Assembly: GCF_018350175.1 (NCBI RefSeq)
Contig: NC_058368.1
Coordinates: 223,698,001-223,762,000, forward strand
Length of the DNA stretch: 64,000 bases
DNA from: Felis catus
Lineage: Eukaryota
Direction: 5' to 3'
Made by a program: the position numbers and the translations under genes. Each line of letters begins with the position of its first letter. The first letter of the stretch is position 1. Shown piece by piece: positions 1-12,749 of the stretch. The notes under the pieces were generated by a model. It was not told where the DNA came from. It did no database searches and worked only from the letters and a program-made list of their open reading frames with translations.

Positions 1-186
1 AGACAGAGAGAATACCATGTGATGATGAAGGCAGATGAGTTGATGTTTCTACAAGTCAAGAAACCAATCTTGATAACACTTTGATCTTGTCCTTCTAGCC
101 CTCAGAGCTGTGAGACAATACAGTTCTGTTGTGTAAGTCACCCAGTTTGTAGTAGTTTGTTACAACAACTCTAGGAAAATAATACA
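1..186 (+). mobile_element. MLT1 (ERVL-MaLR) LTR, 3' part
   Basis: Typical MLT1 3' end: 'ttgatcttgtccttctagccctcagagctgtgagacaata...aagtcacccagtttgtagtagtttgttacaacaactctaggaaaataataca'. Confidence 0.85.
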
Positions 187-339
187 ACCATGCTTTTGAT
201 AAATATTGTGTTGCTGTGTTTTTGAGGTCGTGTTGCTGTGTTTTTGAGGATGTAAATTCTGAGACATACCTAGAGATGAGTGTTCTGTGTTGCAAGATAA
301 TTCCCTGTGTTTTATCTTTCTGCAACCCTACTGATATGC

Positions 340-455
340 TTTACTAGGGCAAGTATTTTCGTCTTTTTATTTGTTGATATAATCCAAGAGACCTGAATGG
401 TATGTTTGGCATATGGTTGACACTCAATAGATATTTGTTGCATGAATGACTGAAT
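340..455 (+). mobile_element. L2 LINE 3' end relic
   Basis: 'cactcaatagatatttgttgcatgaatgactgaat' matches the L2 terminus. Confidence 0.6.
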
Positions 456-1026
456 CCTCTTATGAGAGTTGAAGGATCTAACCATTACTTCTCCATGAGT
501 AGACTGCTATTCAACCATATCACAGATGTAGACCAAGGGAATACTTATCAGCAGTTCCAAAAGATTTCCTCAGCAAATAGTTATGGGTCAGACCCATAAG
601 GGAAAATATTAAACTGAGCCTCTAAACTCCCATATTAAAGAGAACACCAGAATGCTGTTTCCAAAATTTGTTTCATATCCATCATTGAAACCAGATGTAT
701 GAAGGAATATTGAGAAATAAAAGCCACAATGGAACATAAGCTTGGAAATTTTCTGCACGTATCTTTGTCTAATCATTTAGAAGATGCCTTTAGATAGAGT
801 TTTTACTCGTCCATCTCTCCAGAAGCTATAAAAATAATTGGACTTATACATAACCTAGAAAATCTCAAGAGGTACACGTAAAATCAACTGTTGTTACCTC
901 ATTGCAAAAGAAAAATACGAATGCACCTGACTTTTGCACAACTGCTAAGCAGAAAATAGGGGAAAAAATCCACACATTTAGTTTTTATAATTGTACCGTT
1001 GCAATATAGTGGGGGTAATGAGAGTA

Positions 1027-1532
1027 TAGATGGTTCTTGACTTAACAATGGTAGGGCAAATTGATTTTTCAACTTTGCAGTGGTACAGAAGCAAAAATGA
1101 GATGTATTTAGTAGAAATCATACATCAAATATTGAGTGTGGATCATTTGCCAGGCTAGTGATATGTCATCCAATCCTCTCTCGTGATGCTGGTCGGCAGA
1201 AGACAGTGCTGCGTCCAGTCAGCTACCTGATCAGGAAGGCAAGTGACTGGTACACTTACAACCATCTGTACCCATAAAATCACTCTGTTTCTCACTGTCA
1301 GTACAGTATGAGGTAAATTACATGAAATAGTCAACACTTAAATATAAAAAGGGATTTGAGTTACATAATTGTTGCCAAACTGTGGGCTGATGTAAGTATT
1401 CAGAGCATGCCTAAGTTAGGCTAGGCTCACCTATGTGATTTGTAGGTGTACTAAAGGCATTTTTCATTTAGGGTATTTTCAACTCACGATGGATTTATCA
1501 GGATAACTTCATCTTCAATTGAGGTAGATCTG
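1027..1532 (-). mobile_element. Tigger-family non-autonomous DNA transposon (MER47/Tigger5-like)
   Basis: Degenerate TIRs 'tagatggttcttgacttaac' and 'catcttcaattgaggtagatctg', TA at the left end, and internal 'taggctaggctcacctatg' and 'tattttcaactcacgatggatttatcaggata' resembling MER47. Confidence 0.75.
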
Positions 1533-1969
1533 CAGTTAATTTGATCTGCCATTATGATCCAGAAAAGGATCTTGAATCAGGGTGAGTGCTGATAGCTCAA
1601 AGTTTTGACTGTAACTCCACTCGACATAAGAAGATGCCTAATGGGAAGGGAAAAAAAAAAATCCCTTGTTTTAGTTGTTCTCAGCCAATTTTCTGATTTG
1701 TTGAGACTATTCCTGATATTCCTGATTTATAGCTTTCTTTACTGAAGCTTCTGTAAGGATCTAGGCTGAATTTGTACAGCTTAATTTCTGTTGGAGACAA
1801 GATCAATGAAGATTAATAGATAATGAGAGGAACATTATGTGATTTTTACTGTGATTAAGTCATAATAAAAAAAATAAAGTGGTCTGAGGTGGAATAGACA
1901 TGTTTAAATCTCATCTATATCTCAATTAAAATAGTATGGTAGTGATGATATTAGAAATGCATTTGACTT

Positions 1970-2194
1970 GGGGCGCCTGGGTGGCGCAGTCGGTTAAGCG
2001 TCCGGCTTCAGCCAGGTCACGATCTCACGGTCCGTGAGTTCGAGCCCCGCGTCGGGCTCTGTGCTGATGGCTCAGAGCCTGGAGCCTGTTTCCGATTCTG
2101 TGTCTCCCTCTCTCTCTGCCCCTCCCCCGTTCATGCTCTGTCTCTCTCTGTCCCAAAAATAAATAAACGTTGAAAAAAAATTAAAAAAAAAAAA
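1970..2194 (+). mobile_element. Can-SINE, young Felis-type (SINEC_Fc)
   Basis: Head GGGGCGCCTGGGTGGCGCAGTCGG, CT tract and A-tail; perfect TSD agaaatgcatttgactt at 1953-1969 and 2195-2211. Confidence 0.97.
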
Positions 2195-2519
2195 AGAAAT
2201 GCATTTGACTTGATTCTGAGTAAAAGTTCCTACTGCTTTCAAAACAGTTTGGAATAAGGAGTAGTTTCCTGACAATGAAAATCATCATACAGAAGAGTTT
2301 TTGTATACTTTGCAAAGTATTTTCTATTTGTGTAGGACAATAGTCTGTAACTAGATGTTTTTCATATGAAAACACTTTGAAAAATGCCCAAACATATCTA
2401 AAAATAATTGACTGTGTCATCTTTAAATAGAAAAATAAAAGATGTGTGTAATTGGATATGGTTTATGGATGAAAATAAGAAAAAAATAGTGAAGATTGTT
2501 TTAAGAAAAATATGATTTA

Positions 2520-2640
2520 AAATCAAGCAGATCTGAGATCAAATATTGACTCCACTTACAAGTAATTTTTATCATGTTCATATTATTTCACTTCTTGGAG
2601 CCTCAGTTTATGGACAAGGGAGGCAAATAATGCTCTAATA

Positions 2641-2709
<69 letters not shown>

Positions 2710-2770
2710 GAGGACTGTATATAATGCTCAGTGTCTTAAGGTGTGGCTCTTTAATAAATAGGAGCTCTTT
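2520..2770 (+). mobile_element. MIR relic interrupted by a microsatellite
   Basis: MIR core 'cttcttggagcctcagttt' with flanking MIR-like ends. Confidence 0.55.
2643..2705. repeat. (TG)n(GA)n compound microsatellite
   Basis: Directly visible. Confidence 0.95.
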
Positions 2771-3042
2771 ATGTTAATTAATTATATTGATAACCACGGT
2801 CTAAGCCCAAAAGTGTTGGAGTTACTAATCTAAGTGTGTCTTCAGCTTGGAGTAAGGTCCTTGCATCTGGATATCTGAGCAAGCCAGAAGAGCTATTCGG
2901 TGGGAAAGTAAAAGTGATATCAACATACAAGTGGGTCAAGCAAAACCTGAACTTTTAAAGAAAACACATATTTAAAATAAACAAAATATCAGATATGAAG
3001 ACTAAAAGAAGTACTGTGTTAACTCAACCCCCAATATACAAG

Positions 3043-3107
3043 TGTATATATATATATATATATATATACAAATATATATGTATATATACATACATATGTA
3101 TATGTGT

Positions 3108-3142
<35 letters not shown>
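3043..3142. repeat. (TA)n/(CA)n compound microsatellite
   Basis: Directly visible. Confidence 0.95.
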
Positions 3143-3144
<2 letters not shown>

Positions 3145-3989
3145 GAATTGCAAAGGTCCAAGGGAGTGGAAAACAGAAACAGGAAACCTTAGAGCAGCAG
3201 ATTGCAGAACAAAATAACAGGAAGGTTATGGCTTAAGAAGAAAAACCCAGTCACTGTTGCCTGTGTGGAATAATCAGCAAATGGAAAATATTCTAGGATG
3301 GAACATCAGGAATTGTAAGTGTAAGAAGAAGCACATTGCATGGTTTATAGGTGGATGGGAAAGGGTACTTCATTTTTTTGACTTCCATTAGACTCAGGGA
3401 TATACAGTATTCAGTCACAGGAAGAAAACTAATTTTACAAAACACTATGACCAGCAGTAAGTGTGCATCCTCCTGCTAAGATTCCTATTATTGTTGGGCC
3501 CCAAATTTTGGATGTGGGAGAAAGAACTTTAATTTGAATATATATTTAAGGACTAAACCCTAATTCTACTATACTTCTTAGAATTTCCACTGTGCTCCTC
3601 CTATTAAGATACAGAAGGAGAATAAATTAAGACATTCCATTTGTGGCAACATTTTGCGAGTCCAGACTCCTTGCACTCCTTTCCACCTGGAAAGATAGAA
3701 GTAGAGAATCTTTTCAGGAGAGAATCTATTCCCAAGTGACTTGGGTATGCTCTTCGGCATCATTCTGATTTTCTTCCGGACAATGTGTCTTCAGGTAAAG
3801 TGTCCGATGGAGTATGAGGGAGAGCTTAGAATTTATGATCAGAGGGGATAGCCATGATTTATGGCATCCCTTCACATTCTTCCCTCTTCCCCTTTCTCTT
3901 ACCTTGAACGTGATTATGAATCATTAACAATCATCTAGAGAATAGGAGATAAGGACCATACCAGAATCAAAAAGTGAGCTGGCAAAGTT

Positions 3990-4640
3990 TTCCTCTTTTC
4001 TGAACGCTAGAATAATGTTATAGGTTTGGAATTATCTTCTTTCTTGATCATTTCATAAAATTGACTGAACATATGGATTTTTCAGTGACAACTGTTGAAA
4101 CTACTGATTCAATTTGGTTAGTATTGATAAGGAAGTTCAGCTTTTATGTGTGACTGAGAAAGTTTTGTGTATGTGTACATTATTGGAAATTACCTATTTA
4201 TCTATTTTCAATAGGCATTTCTACTTAATATCTATTCAATTTGCAGTCCTATTTTATATTCTCAAAATTATCGTTCTTAGCTGTACTTTATTTTTTAATT
4301 TGTCTTGAGATCTTAAAAATATTATTAATCCTGTCAAAGAGTCAATCTTGTTTTTTTTTTTCTTTCCCTTCCTCTACCTCCTTCTCCTTATTCTTTTTCT
4401 TTTATCTCCCTATTTTATTTTCTTCGATTTTCTTTATTTCTTCTCCAATAATTTACTATTTTTTCTATGTTCTAAGGGTTATTTTTTTAATTTTTGGAAC
4501 TTTTACTTTCAATCTTTTCTTCTTTTAAAATTTTACATTTAAGGATAAATTATTCCCATCTACTATTTGTTTACATCACACTAGTTTAAAATGTAGCATT
4601 TTCACTGTCACTTATATCAAAATATACAAAATGATATAAT
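3990..4640 (-). mobile_element. Old L1M ORF2 relic
   Basis: T-rich antisense L1-like text, e.g. 'attattaatcctgtcaaagagtcaatcttg'; very degenerate. Confidence 0.45.
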
Positions 4641-4977
4641 ATTCTTCCTCTGTTTATTATTTAAAGAAAATTATTTTCTTTATTTTTTAATAATATCTGT
4701 GTACTGTCATAACTCCCCAGGTATTTCCAGAAATAGCATTGTGCCTCTAATAATAGTGCTAATTAATTCCAAAATATCCTGTAGGTTGTGTGAGAGCTGA
4801 TGAGTCAATTTATACTAGCATATATTAGCCAATTTCTTGATATGTATTATGGAAAAATACAATTATAAACTTAAAAAAAAGTGATATACAGCGCCACACA
4901 ATGACATTTTTTAACTCTGTGTCCCTATGTTCTTTCTACATTTTTTAGTCTCATTGTTTTCTTATCAAAAACTTTGT

Positions 4978-5188
4978 GGGGGCGCCTGGGTGGCTCAGTT
5001 GGTCGACTTGGCTCAGGTCATGATCTCGCGGTCCATGAGTTCGAGCCCCGCGTCGGGCTCTGTGCTGACAGCTCAGAGCCTGGAGCCTGTTTCAGATTTT
5101 GTGTCTCCCTCTCTCTGACCCTCCCACGTTCATGCTTTGTCTCTCTCTGTCTCAAAAATAAATAAACGTTAAAAAAAATAAAAATAAA
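4978..5188 (+). mobile_element. Can-SINE
   Basis: SINE head, CT tract and A-tail; imperfect TSD aaaactt(gt)ttgtg. Confidence 0.95.
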
Positions 5189-5494
5189 AACTTGTTTGTG
5201 ATAATATTTTTCAGGTTTGGGGGAAAGAATAAATTAGATGTTTTATGTAAAGCTTTTTTCCAGCTATAAAGTACTATGAAGTTTAAAATAACAAAATGAC
5301 ATGTTTCAGAAAAATGAAAAGCTTAAGGTCTTAATAAAATACAGTAGTTTGGTCATGAATACTGAATGCTTTGGTATCATGGTGAAAAGTAGAACACTGA
5401 ACCCCAGACCCTTCTATTATAGAATGTGGTTCAGAAAGTATAAACTGAGACATAAAGAAAATGTTACACAGCACAGGTCTTTACAAGAAGCAGT

Positions 5495-5997
5495 TGTCAA
5501 AAACTGTGAAGGGTTTGAGGTTTCATCCTATTTGCAAGATAACAAGTTACCTTCCCAGTTTCAAAGTGTTAGAGACACCTGGGTCAGGGACAAAGAACAT
5601 GATTACTCACAGAAAGCATGAGTTTCATGTTCAGATCACCCCCCCCTTCCCTGAGCTCTCAGTTCACTTGGGGCAATGTTAAATACCCTAGCTGAATGCT
5701 ATCCACACAGTGGGACAGGGTCACGGCCAAAGAACCCCAAGTTTAGGAAACTCCAATTTAGAAGGGGGCTATATGCAAACCTGCCCAATATTTCCCAAGA
5801 GATAGGCATTACTTTTATTATCCTGATCTGGAAACAAAAATATGCCCTTTGTTCCAGAAGGAGATAATATATCTATGTTCCAAAGTTATTTGCTACACAA
5901 ACATCCCTGAAATAAATATTCTGGAACATGGACTGTCAATGATGCTTCACAAGGTCTTTAGAACTGCAAGAGAGCCACTGAGAATTATCCCTCAACA
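5495..5997 (-). mobile_element. ERVL solo LTR (MER54/MER73/MER74/MER88-like)
   Basis: TG...CA ends; 'actgtgaagggtttgaggtttcatcctatttgcaagataacaagttacc...cctgggtcagggacaaagaacatgattactcacag' resembles this LTR group. Confidence 0.75.
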
Positions 5998-6040
5998 AGA
6001 GTATTCAGTATACATTTGTGCTCATTAATAACAGTGATCT

Positions 6041-6270
6041 TTCTTTTTTTTTAAAGAAAAAAAATTAATGTTTATTTATTTTTGAGAGAGAGAGAGAGAA
6101 AGAGAAGTGGGGGAAGGACATAGAGAGGCAGGGGGACACAGAATCCAAAGCAGACTCTAGGCTCTGAGCTGTCAGCATAGAGCGGGACTAGGGGCTCAAA
6201 CTCATGAACTGCGAGATCATGACCTGAGTGAAAGTCGGACGCTTGACCAACTGAGGCACCCAGGTGCCCC
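6041..6270 (-). mobile_element. Can-SINE
   Basis: Reverse-complement SINE ending cccaggtgcccc. Confidence 0.95.
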
Positions 6271-7099
6271 TTATTACACTTATCGTTCTTATTGAAAATC
6301 TTATATGTAATTTTCCTAGAAAGCATACAAATGAATATAGATTCTATAAGGAATATTTTGGGAAATAAGATTTTGACATTTATTTCTGTTTACTCATAAG
6401 TATGACAATCTTGGATATGAATTACATGACTGGAGAGTCAAGAAATAATCATATGATTCATAACAAAGGATGACATTTATTTGTAATTTCTAAACGAAAT
6501 GACATTCATCATTTCTCCTGCAATACCTTTTCATCTTGGAATGAGATCACATCATCTATGGCATTTCATGTCAGAGATGGAATAAAAACAATCTAAATGA
6601 ATGTCTTCTGCTTGTAAAATCTGATAGCTAGTATCAGATAATATGAATTGCACATTCTCAAAAAGGAGTTAACAGATTAGTAAGAGCATTTTGGACATAC
6701 TTAGTACATAAATGATTAATCCATGCTAAAATATAAATCACTGACAAAGGCTTGTCACCAGTCAGTATAATATTGCTAATTGCCCATTTCAAGGAATTAC
6801 CCAAGTGCAAGAATTTCCCTGACATTTTCTTCAGGCAAGGCAATTGAGAGAAATCTATTTAGTCTCTTTGCAATTTTCCTTTTATGTAAAAGAACTTCAT
6901 TTACACCCTCTTTATGTAGTAATCCCACTGATCCTCAAGCTGGCTTCCTTTCTTTAATATGCTGTTAGAACTTCCTAAATTCACTTTCAAGACCACTATC
7001 TAGTGATTCTCTATTTATTTTCATTCCGCTTGACTTCAGGTTTTGTTTCCATATGAACAAAGAGATCCAAAGAGAGTTACCTGAAGAAAGAGTCTCTGA

Positions 7100-7960
7100 T
7101 ATGTTTTTGGAGTACAGCTGAGGACACGAATCTAAGCTTGACCTTGTGTCATTTCAAGGGCTCTACACATTGAAAAGCAAATTAAGTTGATAGCAAATTC
7201 AAACTTGAATGAGTTGTAGACTTAAATCATTAGAAAAAGGGTTTCATCTTGCATTAACAGTCTCTGAAATGTCCTGTGACAAATAGATGGCCCAAGATTT
7301 TAAACCATAATATGAATGACAGTATCAGTGGCTGAAAGCTTTGCAAGATATTTAATGGGGAATCAACTGAATACAGATTAACATAATCTCAGATAATTTA
7401 ATTTTGATGTGACTCTACAGCAATATTATGTATTAAGGGTATGTGTTAATTTGTTTTTAAACAAACCGCCCTGCTCAAGAACACAATAAATTATCTCAGT
7501 AGTGATTTATATAAGACAGACATGGGACATTTACTTGACAGGAAAAATATGAGCCAACAACGCACTGAGAAACATAGCATGTCTAATTGAAACTTACACA
7601 TCATTATTAAGAGCATAATGTGAGAATTAAAAAAAATGATAATCTTTGATAAAGCTCCAGTGGCCACTAAATCTGGAAAACAATATTGCTCTCAGGTCCC
7701 AGGATTCCAATTTCTCTTGAAGAAAAAATATGCAAAACAAGTGTTATCTTAAAGTATTTGAAGCCCAGAATAAAGAGACTAGACTTAGTGTGGATGACTC
7801 TCCTGAGAAAAATAAGGGAGTTATACAGAAGCAGTTTCCAACTAAAAATTAAAAAGATTGTTCTAATGGTGAGAAATCTAAGCATAATGATGAAATGGAT
7901 TGCTTACTGAGAAGTTACCATCAGCAGAGTTATTTGCGATATGCTAAATTATTCCTCACC
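7100..7960 (+). mobile_element. Ancient L3/CR1 LINE relic (RT 3' half and 3' end)
   Basis: CR1 hallmark 'aatatgagccaaca' at ~7546, followed colinearly by 'atctggaaaac' and 'ttctaatggtgagaaatc...gaaatggattgct'. Confidence 0.6.
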
Positions 7961-8253
7961 ATCTCATGACTCTTGGCCTGCGGAAATTCCTTTCCTGATA
8001 TTCTGTATTTCTGTGACAGTAGATGTGTAGACCTTAAAAATCTCCTTCTTGATACTATTTTTCTTTTATTTTTTCAACAGGAACAATACAAAGCAACATT
8101 TTTCAAAACAAAGCTGAAGATAATGGTAAATGGTAAGAGGACATTAATATCAGAAGTATGGTTCAAATAATGATTGTTAACTTAATTCACTTTTTGCACT
8201 TGGATTGATATGCTTGTATGACACTAACATTACATTTAAATAGTCACATTGCT

Positions 8254-8481
8254 GGGGCAGCTGGGTGGCTCAGTCGGTGAAGCATCTGACTTTGGCTCAA
8301 GTCATGATCTCGCGGTTCCTGAGTTGGAGCCCTGTGTCTGGCTCTGTGAAGACAGCTTGAAGCCTGGAGCCTGTTGTGGATTCTGTGTCTCCCTCTCTCT
8401 CCCCCATCTGCCCCACTCGTGCTCCGTCTCTCTCTGTCTCTCAGAAATAAATAAAAACATTAAAAAGAGGTTTTTTTGAAA
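8254..8481 (+). mobile_element. Can-SINE
   Basis: SINE body; TSD aaatagtcacattgc / aaatagttaaattgc. Confidence 0.95.
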
Positions 8482-8627
8482 GAAATAGTTAAATTGCAAT
8501 CAGCTTTTTTTTTAAGTCACCAAGACAAAATTAAGTTTATGGGGGGTAAAATTTTTTAGCATTGTGTTTTACATTTTGTTGGATAATAGTATTTAGGACT
8601 AATAATACTTTTAAAGCCTAGATTTGT

Positions 8628-8850
8628 GGGGCACTGGGGTGGCTCAGAATGTTAAGCGTCTGACTTAGGCTCAGGTCATGATCTTGCGGTTCGTGGGTTC
8701 AAGCCCCACATTGGGCTCTATACTAACAGCTCAGAGCTTGGAGCCTGCTTCAGATTCTGTGTCTCCCTCTCTCTCTCTCTCCCTCCCCCCACCCCAGCTC
8801 ACACTCTGTCTCTCTCAAAAATAAATAAGGACTGAAAAAAAAAATTTTTT
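8628..8850 (+). mobile_element. Can-SINE
   Basis: SINE body; TSD aagcctagatttgt / aagcctaaatttgt. Confidence 0.95.
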
Positions 8851-9215
8851 AAGCCTAAATTTGTAAGGATCAGCAACTAGGTGCATAATGTTTCTTGCAT
8901 ATCAGGGTATGATTTCAGAGAGTGATTTGTGCCATCATCCTCTGGTAGCATAAACTCTTCCTTCCACCTCTCCTATGGCGGTTGATTGACTGCTTATTTC
9001 TGCCTCACTGCTTTTCTGCATGCACAGCCCCTGGTCCTATAATGATGTTAGGTCAAGGCTACATTGTCCAAGTCCTCACAATCACTACTCGCTATTTTCC
9101 AGATAGCTAGGGTGTAAACACTGAGAACAGCAAGAAACAAAATCAGCAGAATTTCTTCTTTACAGCACTGGAATGATGCATCAAAAATATATTGGTTTCA
9201 GTTGATGGTTGCATT

Positions 9216-9670
9216 TGTTATCTACTGCTGTATTAAAAAAAAAAGTGATCTCGCCATTTAACGGTTTAAGACAGCAAACATTTATTACCCCACAGTTTCT
9301 GAGGGACAGGAATCCAGGTGTCACTTAGTGGGTTCCCCCTGGCTCGAAGTCTGTTAGGATTTTATGGTTATACTGTTGGCAGGGGCTGTGGACATATCTA
9401 AAAGCTCAACTGGAAGGAAATTGTCTGCGTCTAAACTCACTCTCATAACCGTTGGCTAGTTTTAGTCTCTTGTTACCTGGACATCTGCACAGGGCTGTTT
9501 CATGAGACAGTGGCTGGCTATCCTGCAACGTGATGATTGGCGTCCACCAGGAAGAGAGAATGAGAGAATCTAACAGAGAATGTTAGAGAATGAAAGAGAA
9601 ACCAAGATGAACAGCTGAGAATCAGGAGATGGAGGTTTCTGGTAGCCATCTGAGCGTCTGCTTGCCACGT
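9216..9670 (-). mobile_element. MLT1F-like MaLR LTR
   Basis: 'aaacatttattaccccacagtttctgagggacaggaatccagg...ttggcaggggctgtgg' is the antisense MLT1E/F pattern. Confidence 0.7.
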
Positions 9671-9713
9671 GGTCTTCTAATCTTTGAATCTCTGGATTCC
9701 TGCTCAAAGTAGT

Positions 9714-10395
9714 TGTTAGGAGCCAAGCTCCTAGGCCCTATGGAATGAGAGTTGGCGCAAAGAACCACTCGGCACTCCGATTTCGGCAGAGAGTCTTTAC
9801 TGGTGCACCAGGGCTCCCCAGTGTTAGAAAGCGGGAGAGCCCCGATATACGGGGTTACAGGTCTTTTATACCATTTTGAGTTACATTTGCATACAGGCTG
9901 GTGGTAGGCTCTCTGCTCGGTGGTGGTTAGGGTTGGGGGTAATTTCGTCCTGGGAAAGCTTGGGAAATGGAGTTTCTCTCGGCAGATGCAACTTGGAGCC
10001 CGGGTGCGAAGCGGCAGGGGACCTCCGGTTTGGGAGCGTAAGCAGGTTTACAGAAGCGAGATGAAAGTGGTCATCGTTATTTATGTGACAACCTGTTCCT
10101 GTCTTGCGTAGGGAAAGGTGGGGGTACAGCTCTCCCAGGGTACGGATGTCTAACTGCAGATATCCTGTTTGTCAACTGGTGGAAGTGCAAGCCCTGCAAG
10201 TGAGGCGTTACGGAACTGAAGATAGGGTGGGGGTGTGTTATTAAGCTAAGCAGGGGTCTTTCATAGTCAGGGTCTGCACCCAGGAATACACGGCTCTCAG
10301 TGGTTTCTGTTTTATTGGCAACTGATGAATCGGTGTTCATGAGTTCTTTCTCAAGGAGGGCACACACTTACTACATGGCCGGTGTTCATCCAAAA
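9714..10395 (-). mobile_element. Solo endogenous retroviral LTR, CpG-rich and probably lineage-specific
   Basis: Ends TGTTAGGA...TCCAAAA (imperfect inverted termini); 4-bp TSD TAGT (9710-9713, 10396-10399); minus-strand TATAAAA (9864-9870) upstream of an AGTAAA polyA-like signal (9796-9801). Confidence 0.8.
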
Positions 10396-10989
10396 TAGTA
10401 GGTTCAAGCATCTCTTAATAAGGATGCCCTGTGTTGTCATTCTCTCCTATTATTCAACTGAACACCAAAATTAGCATTTGATAAACACAGATTGATTTCT
10501 AATACTAAGAACACACTATATTAACCTATTTCCTTGAATATCTATTTTTACAGATTTTCTATTTTCACACAGCTGAAACACACTTATGTCCTACTTTTAC
10601 CGTTAACTTTACTCCCCTTTTCAAATAAATTGAGAAATTCAACATTTATCAGAGGAGGGCAGCTCTTCACATTTTCAGTTTTGTTCCTGGTCACATTCTC
10701 ACTTTGCTTCCTGGTTCTAACAACTTTGTCCCTTCATGCCTTGTACTTCCTCTTAACCTACGTTCAGTCTATGCTACTTTGGTTTGATATATATTTTGCA
10801 TCCCAAGTCTTTGACTAGATTTATTACTTGCTGTTAATTGTTCAACCATGACTGGACTGAATGCCAAGATTTTGCTTTAGAAACTGACGTCATAGTTATT
10901 AGAAGTTCATGTTAGCAAATACATTATTGCTTCATGTTTAACATTGCTATTGACAATATCTATAAATAGACTCATAATTTATAAGGGTT

Positions 10990-11150
10990 TCTTTAACACT
11001 TTCATGTTTAATAGTTATAACAACATTGATCATTACACATTTTCATTTTATGATTAGGTGAACTGACACTTGGGGTTAAGTGATATCTACATTGTACAGT
11101 TGTTTAATGGTAAAATCAATAATCAAATCCAGATTTTGTCTCTTGCATAC
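10990..11150 (-). mobile_element. MIR relic
   Basis: 'cattttatgattaggtgaactgacacttggggttaagtga' is the antisense MIR core. Confidence 0.6.
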
Positions 11151-12749
11151 CTTAAGGTCTGTGTAAATAAATGGCTACATTGCATAAGGTAGATTAAGGA
11201 AAATTATGTAAGAGAAAATAAGTCATTTTAAATGTTTTTTTCTTCTTTTAATAAACCAAGAACACCTAGGAGGAAACTTGTTTCAGAAAACATTTGGTTT
11301 AAATAGGATATCCCAAATGATACACCGATGTAGTAGTTTTGGTAAGCGTTGTTCCTATGTTCTGTACCGCCACATGCAAGAAACATGGTATTCATAGATA
11401 TTCTGCTGATTTTTGGAATGCTGGGTCTCTCCAAGTGTTGGTAGCCTTGCTTCTTATCACACTCTGTGCCAGCATTCTTAGCATGAAATCCACTTATGAT
11501 AGTGCTAACAAGAGCAAAAGCCGAGGCAAGATTCCCAGGATAGACGTTAAGAAAATGCACTGGCCTAGTGAGAAGTAGACCATTGAAATCGCTCTAATCA
11601 ATTCAATAAAGTGGATACTAGAATGTGGTACGTAAGCAGTAAATAAATATTTTTAAATGGTTTAACTCCACCTCCTAAATGGAACTTTTTGGATGCAGAG
11701 AGATGGTTCTGATTTATTTTATTTAGAAAGTAAAAAATCTGTACCACGATTTCCATTAGTGATTTATCCCTGAAGCTTCTATGTGCAAAAGAACATTGCC
11801 AAAATTTCAAGTTGTTAATTTCATTTTTTTATTACATTGCATTAGAGAATTATACCACAAACATTGTACCAAACATTGTACAAAAATTATGTACAAACAT
11901 TGTAGAGGGAAATCAGGGATTCATTTATTATCTAATATCCTCCCTTTCTTTCTGTCTTCTATGTTATTATCTTCACTAATAAAACATTAGAACTAGACAG
12001 AGTTTCTGAAAAAAAAGGAACAATTTAACCCAATTTATTTCTATAAAGGAATGAGATGGAGATTAACCTTTACTCAGGATCCACTCTTTGCCAAGAGTCC
12101 TACATGAGTTATTCCACTTTTCAGTTTTTTACAGTGGCTTTGCCAAATAGATGTTATTTTATAGGTTAGAAAAGTGAAAAGTGCTTAAATAATTTGTTGA
12201 TAACAATGATAATAATTAGAAGAGCTGGGAGTTCAATATCTTCCCTTAATTCTTCCTTACAGTTTATAAGAGAATACCAAAATGAAGTAGCGATTGTTGC
12301 CGTAAAGGGTATCCGTTGCTTAAGATCTGTGGGGTATAAGTTCTGTGGGGTATCCATTGCTTAAGTTCACTAGCTTGTTTGCTTTTTCCTAGAAAATGAT
12401 TCATTTTTTAAGTTACGAACTTATCTATACACTGCAAATGCCAAAATAACATTAGTTGTAACAAATTATGCAAAATGCTCAGGATGGAAAATTTGAGTTT
12501 AAAATTGAAAATGACATTATTTGCAGCCTTGAAATCTACTTATATGGCTTCTCATGGCTGGTTATGGCTAATGAGATAAATAATTTGAGGCCAAAATAAA
12601 ATAATTATATATTATTTATATTTGAATAATACTTTGGATTCATACATTTATTCATCTTATGCAGGATGTTTTATTCAATCTGCCTTGCTCTCAAATGACT
12701 CTTCTCATCTGTATACCGACTTCCCTCACTCTTCCATGGTACCTCTTAC

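Noticed and set aside
1970..2060. tRNA-like A/B-box sequences at SINE heads
   Set aside because: They are tRNA-derived SINE promoters, not tRNA genes.
3582..3794. Possible exon bounded by cttcttAG and CAG|GTAAAG
   Set aside because: Stops occur in all three frames, the donor is moderate, and there is no other support.
11228..11610. Overlapping ORFs of 110 aa (minus) and 79 aa (plus) in unique DNA with a downstream AATAAA
   Set aside because: No recognisable homology, non-ATG starts, and no TSD or A-tail.
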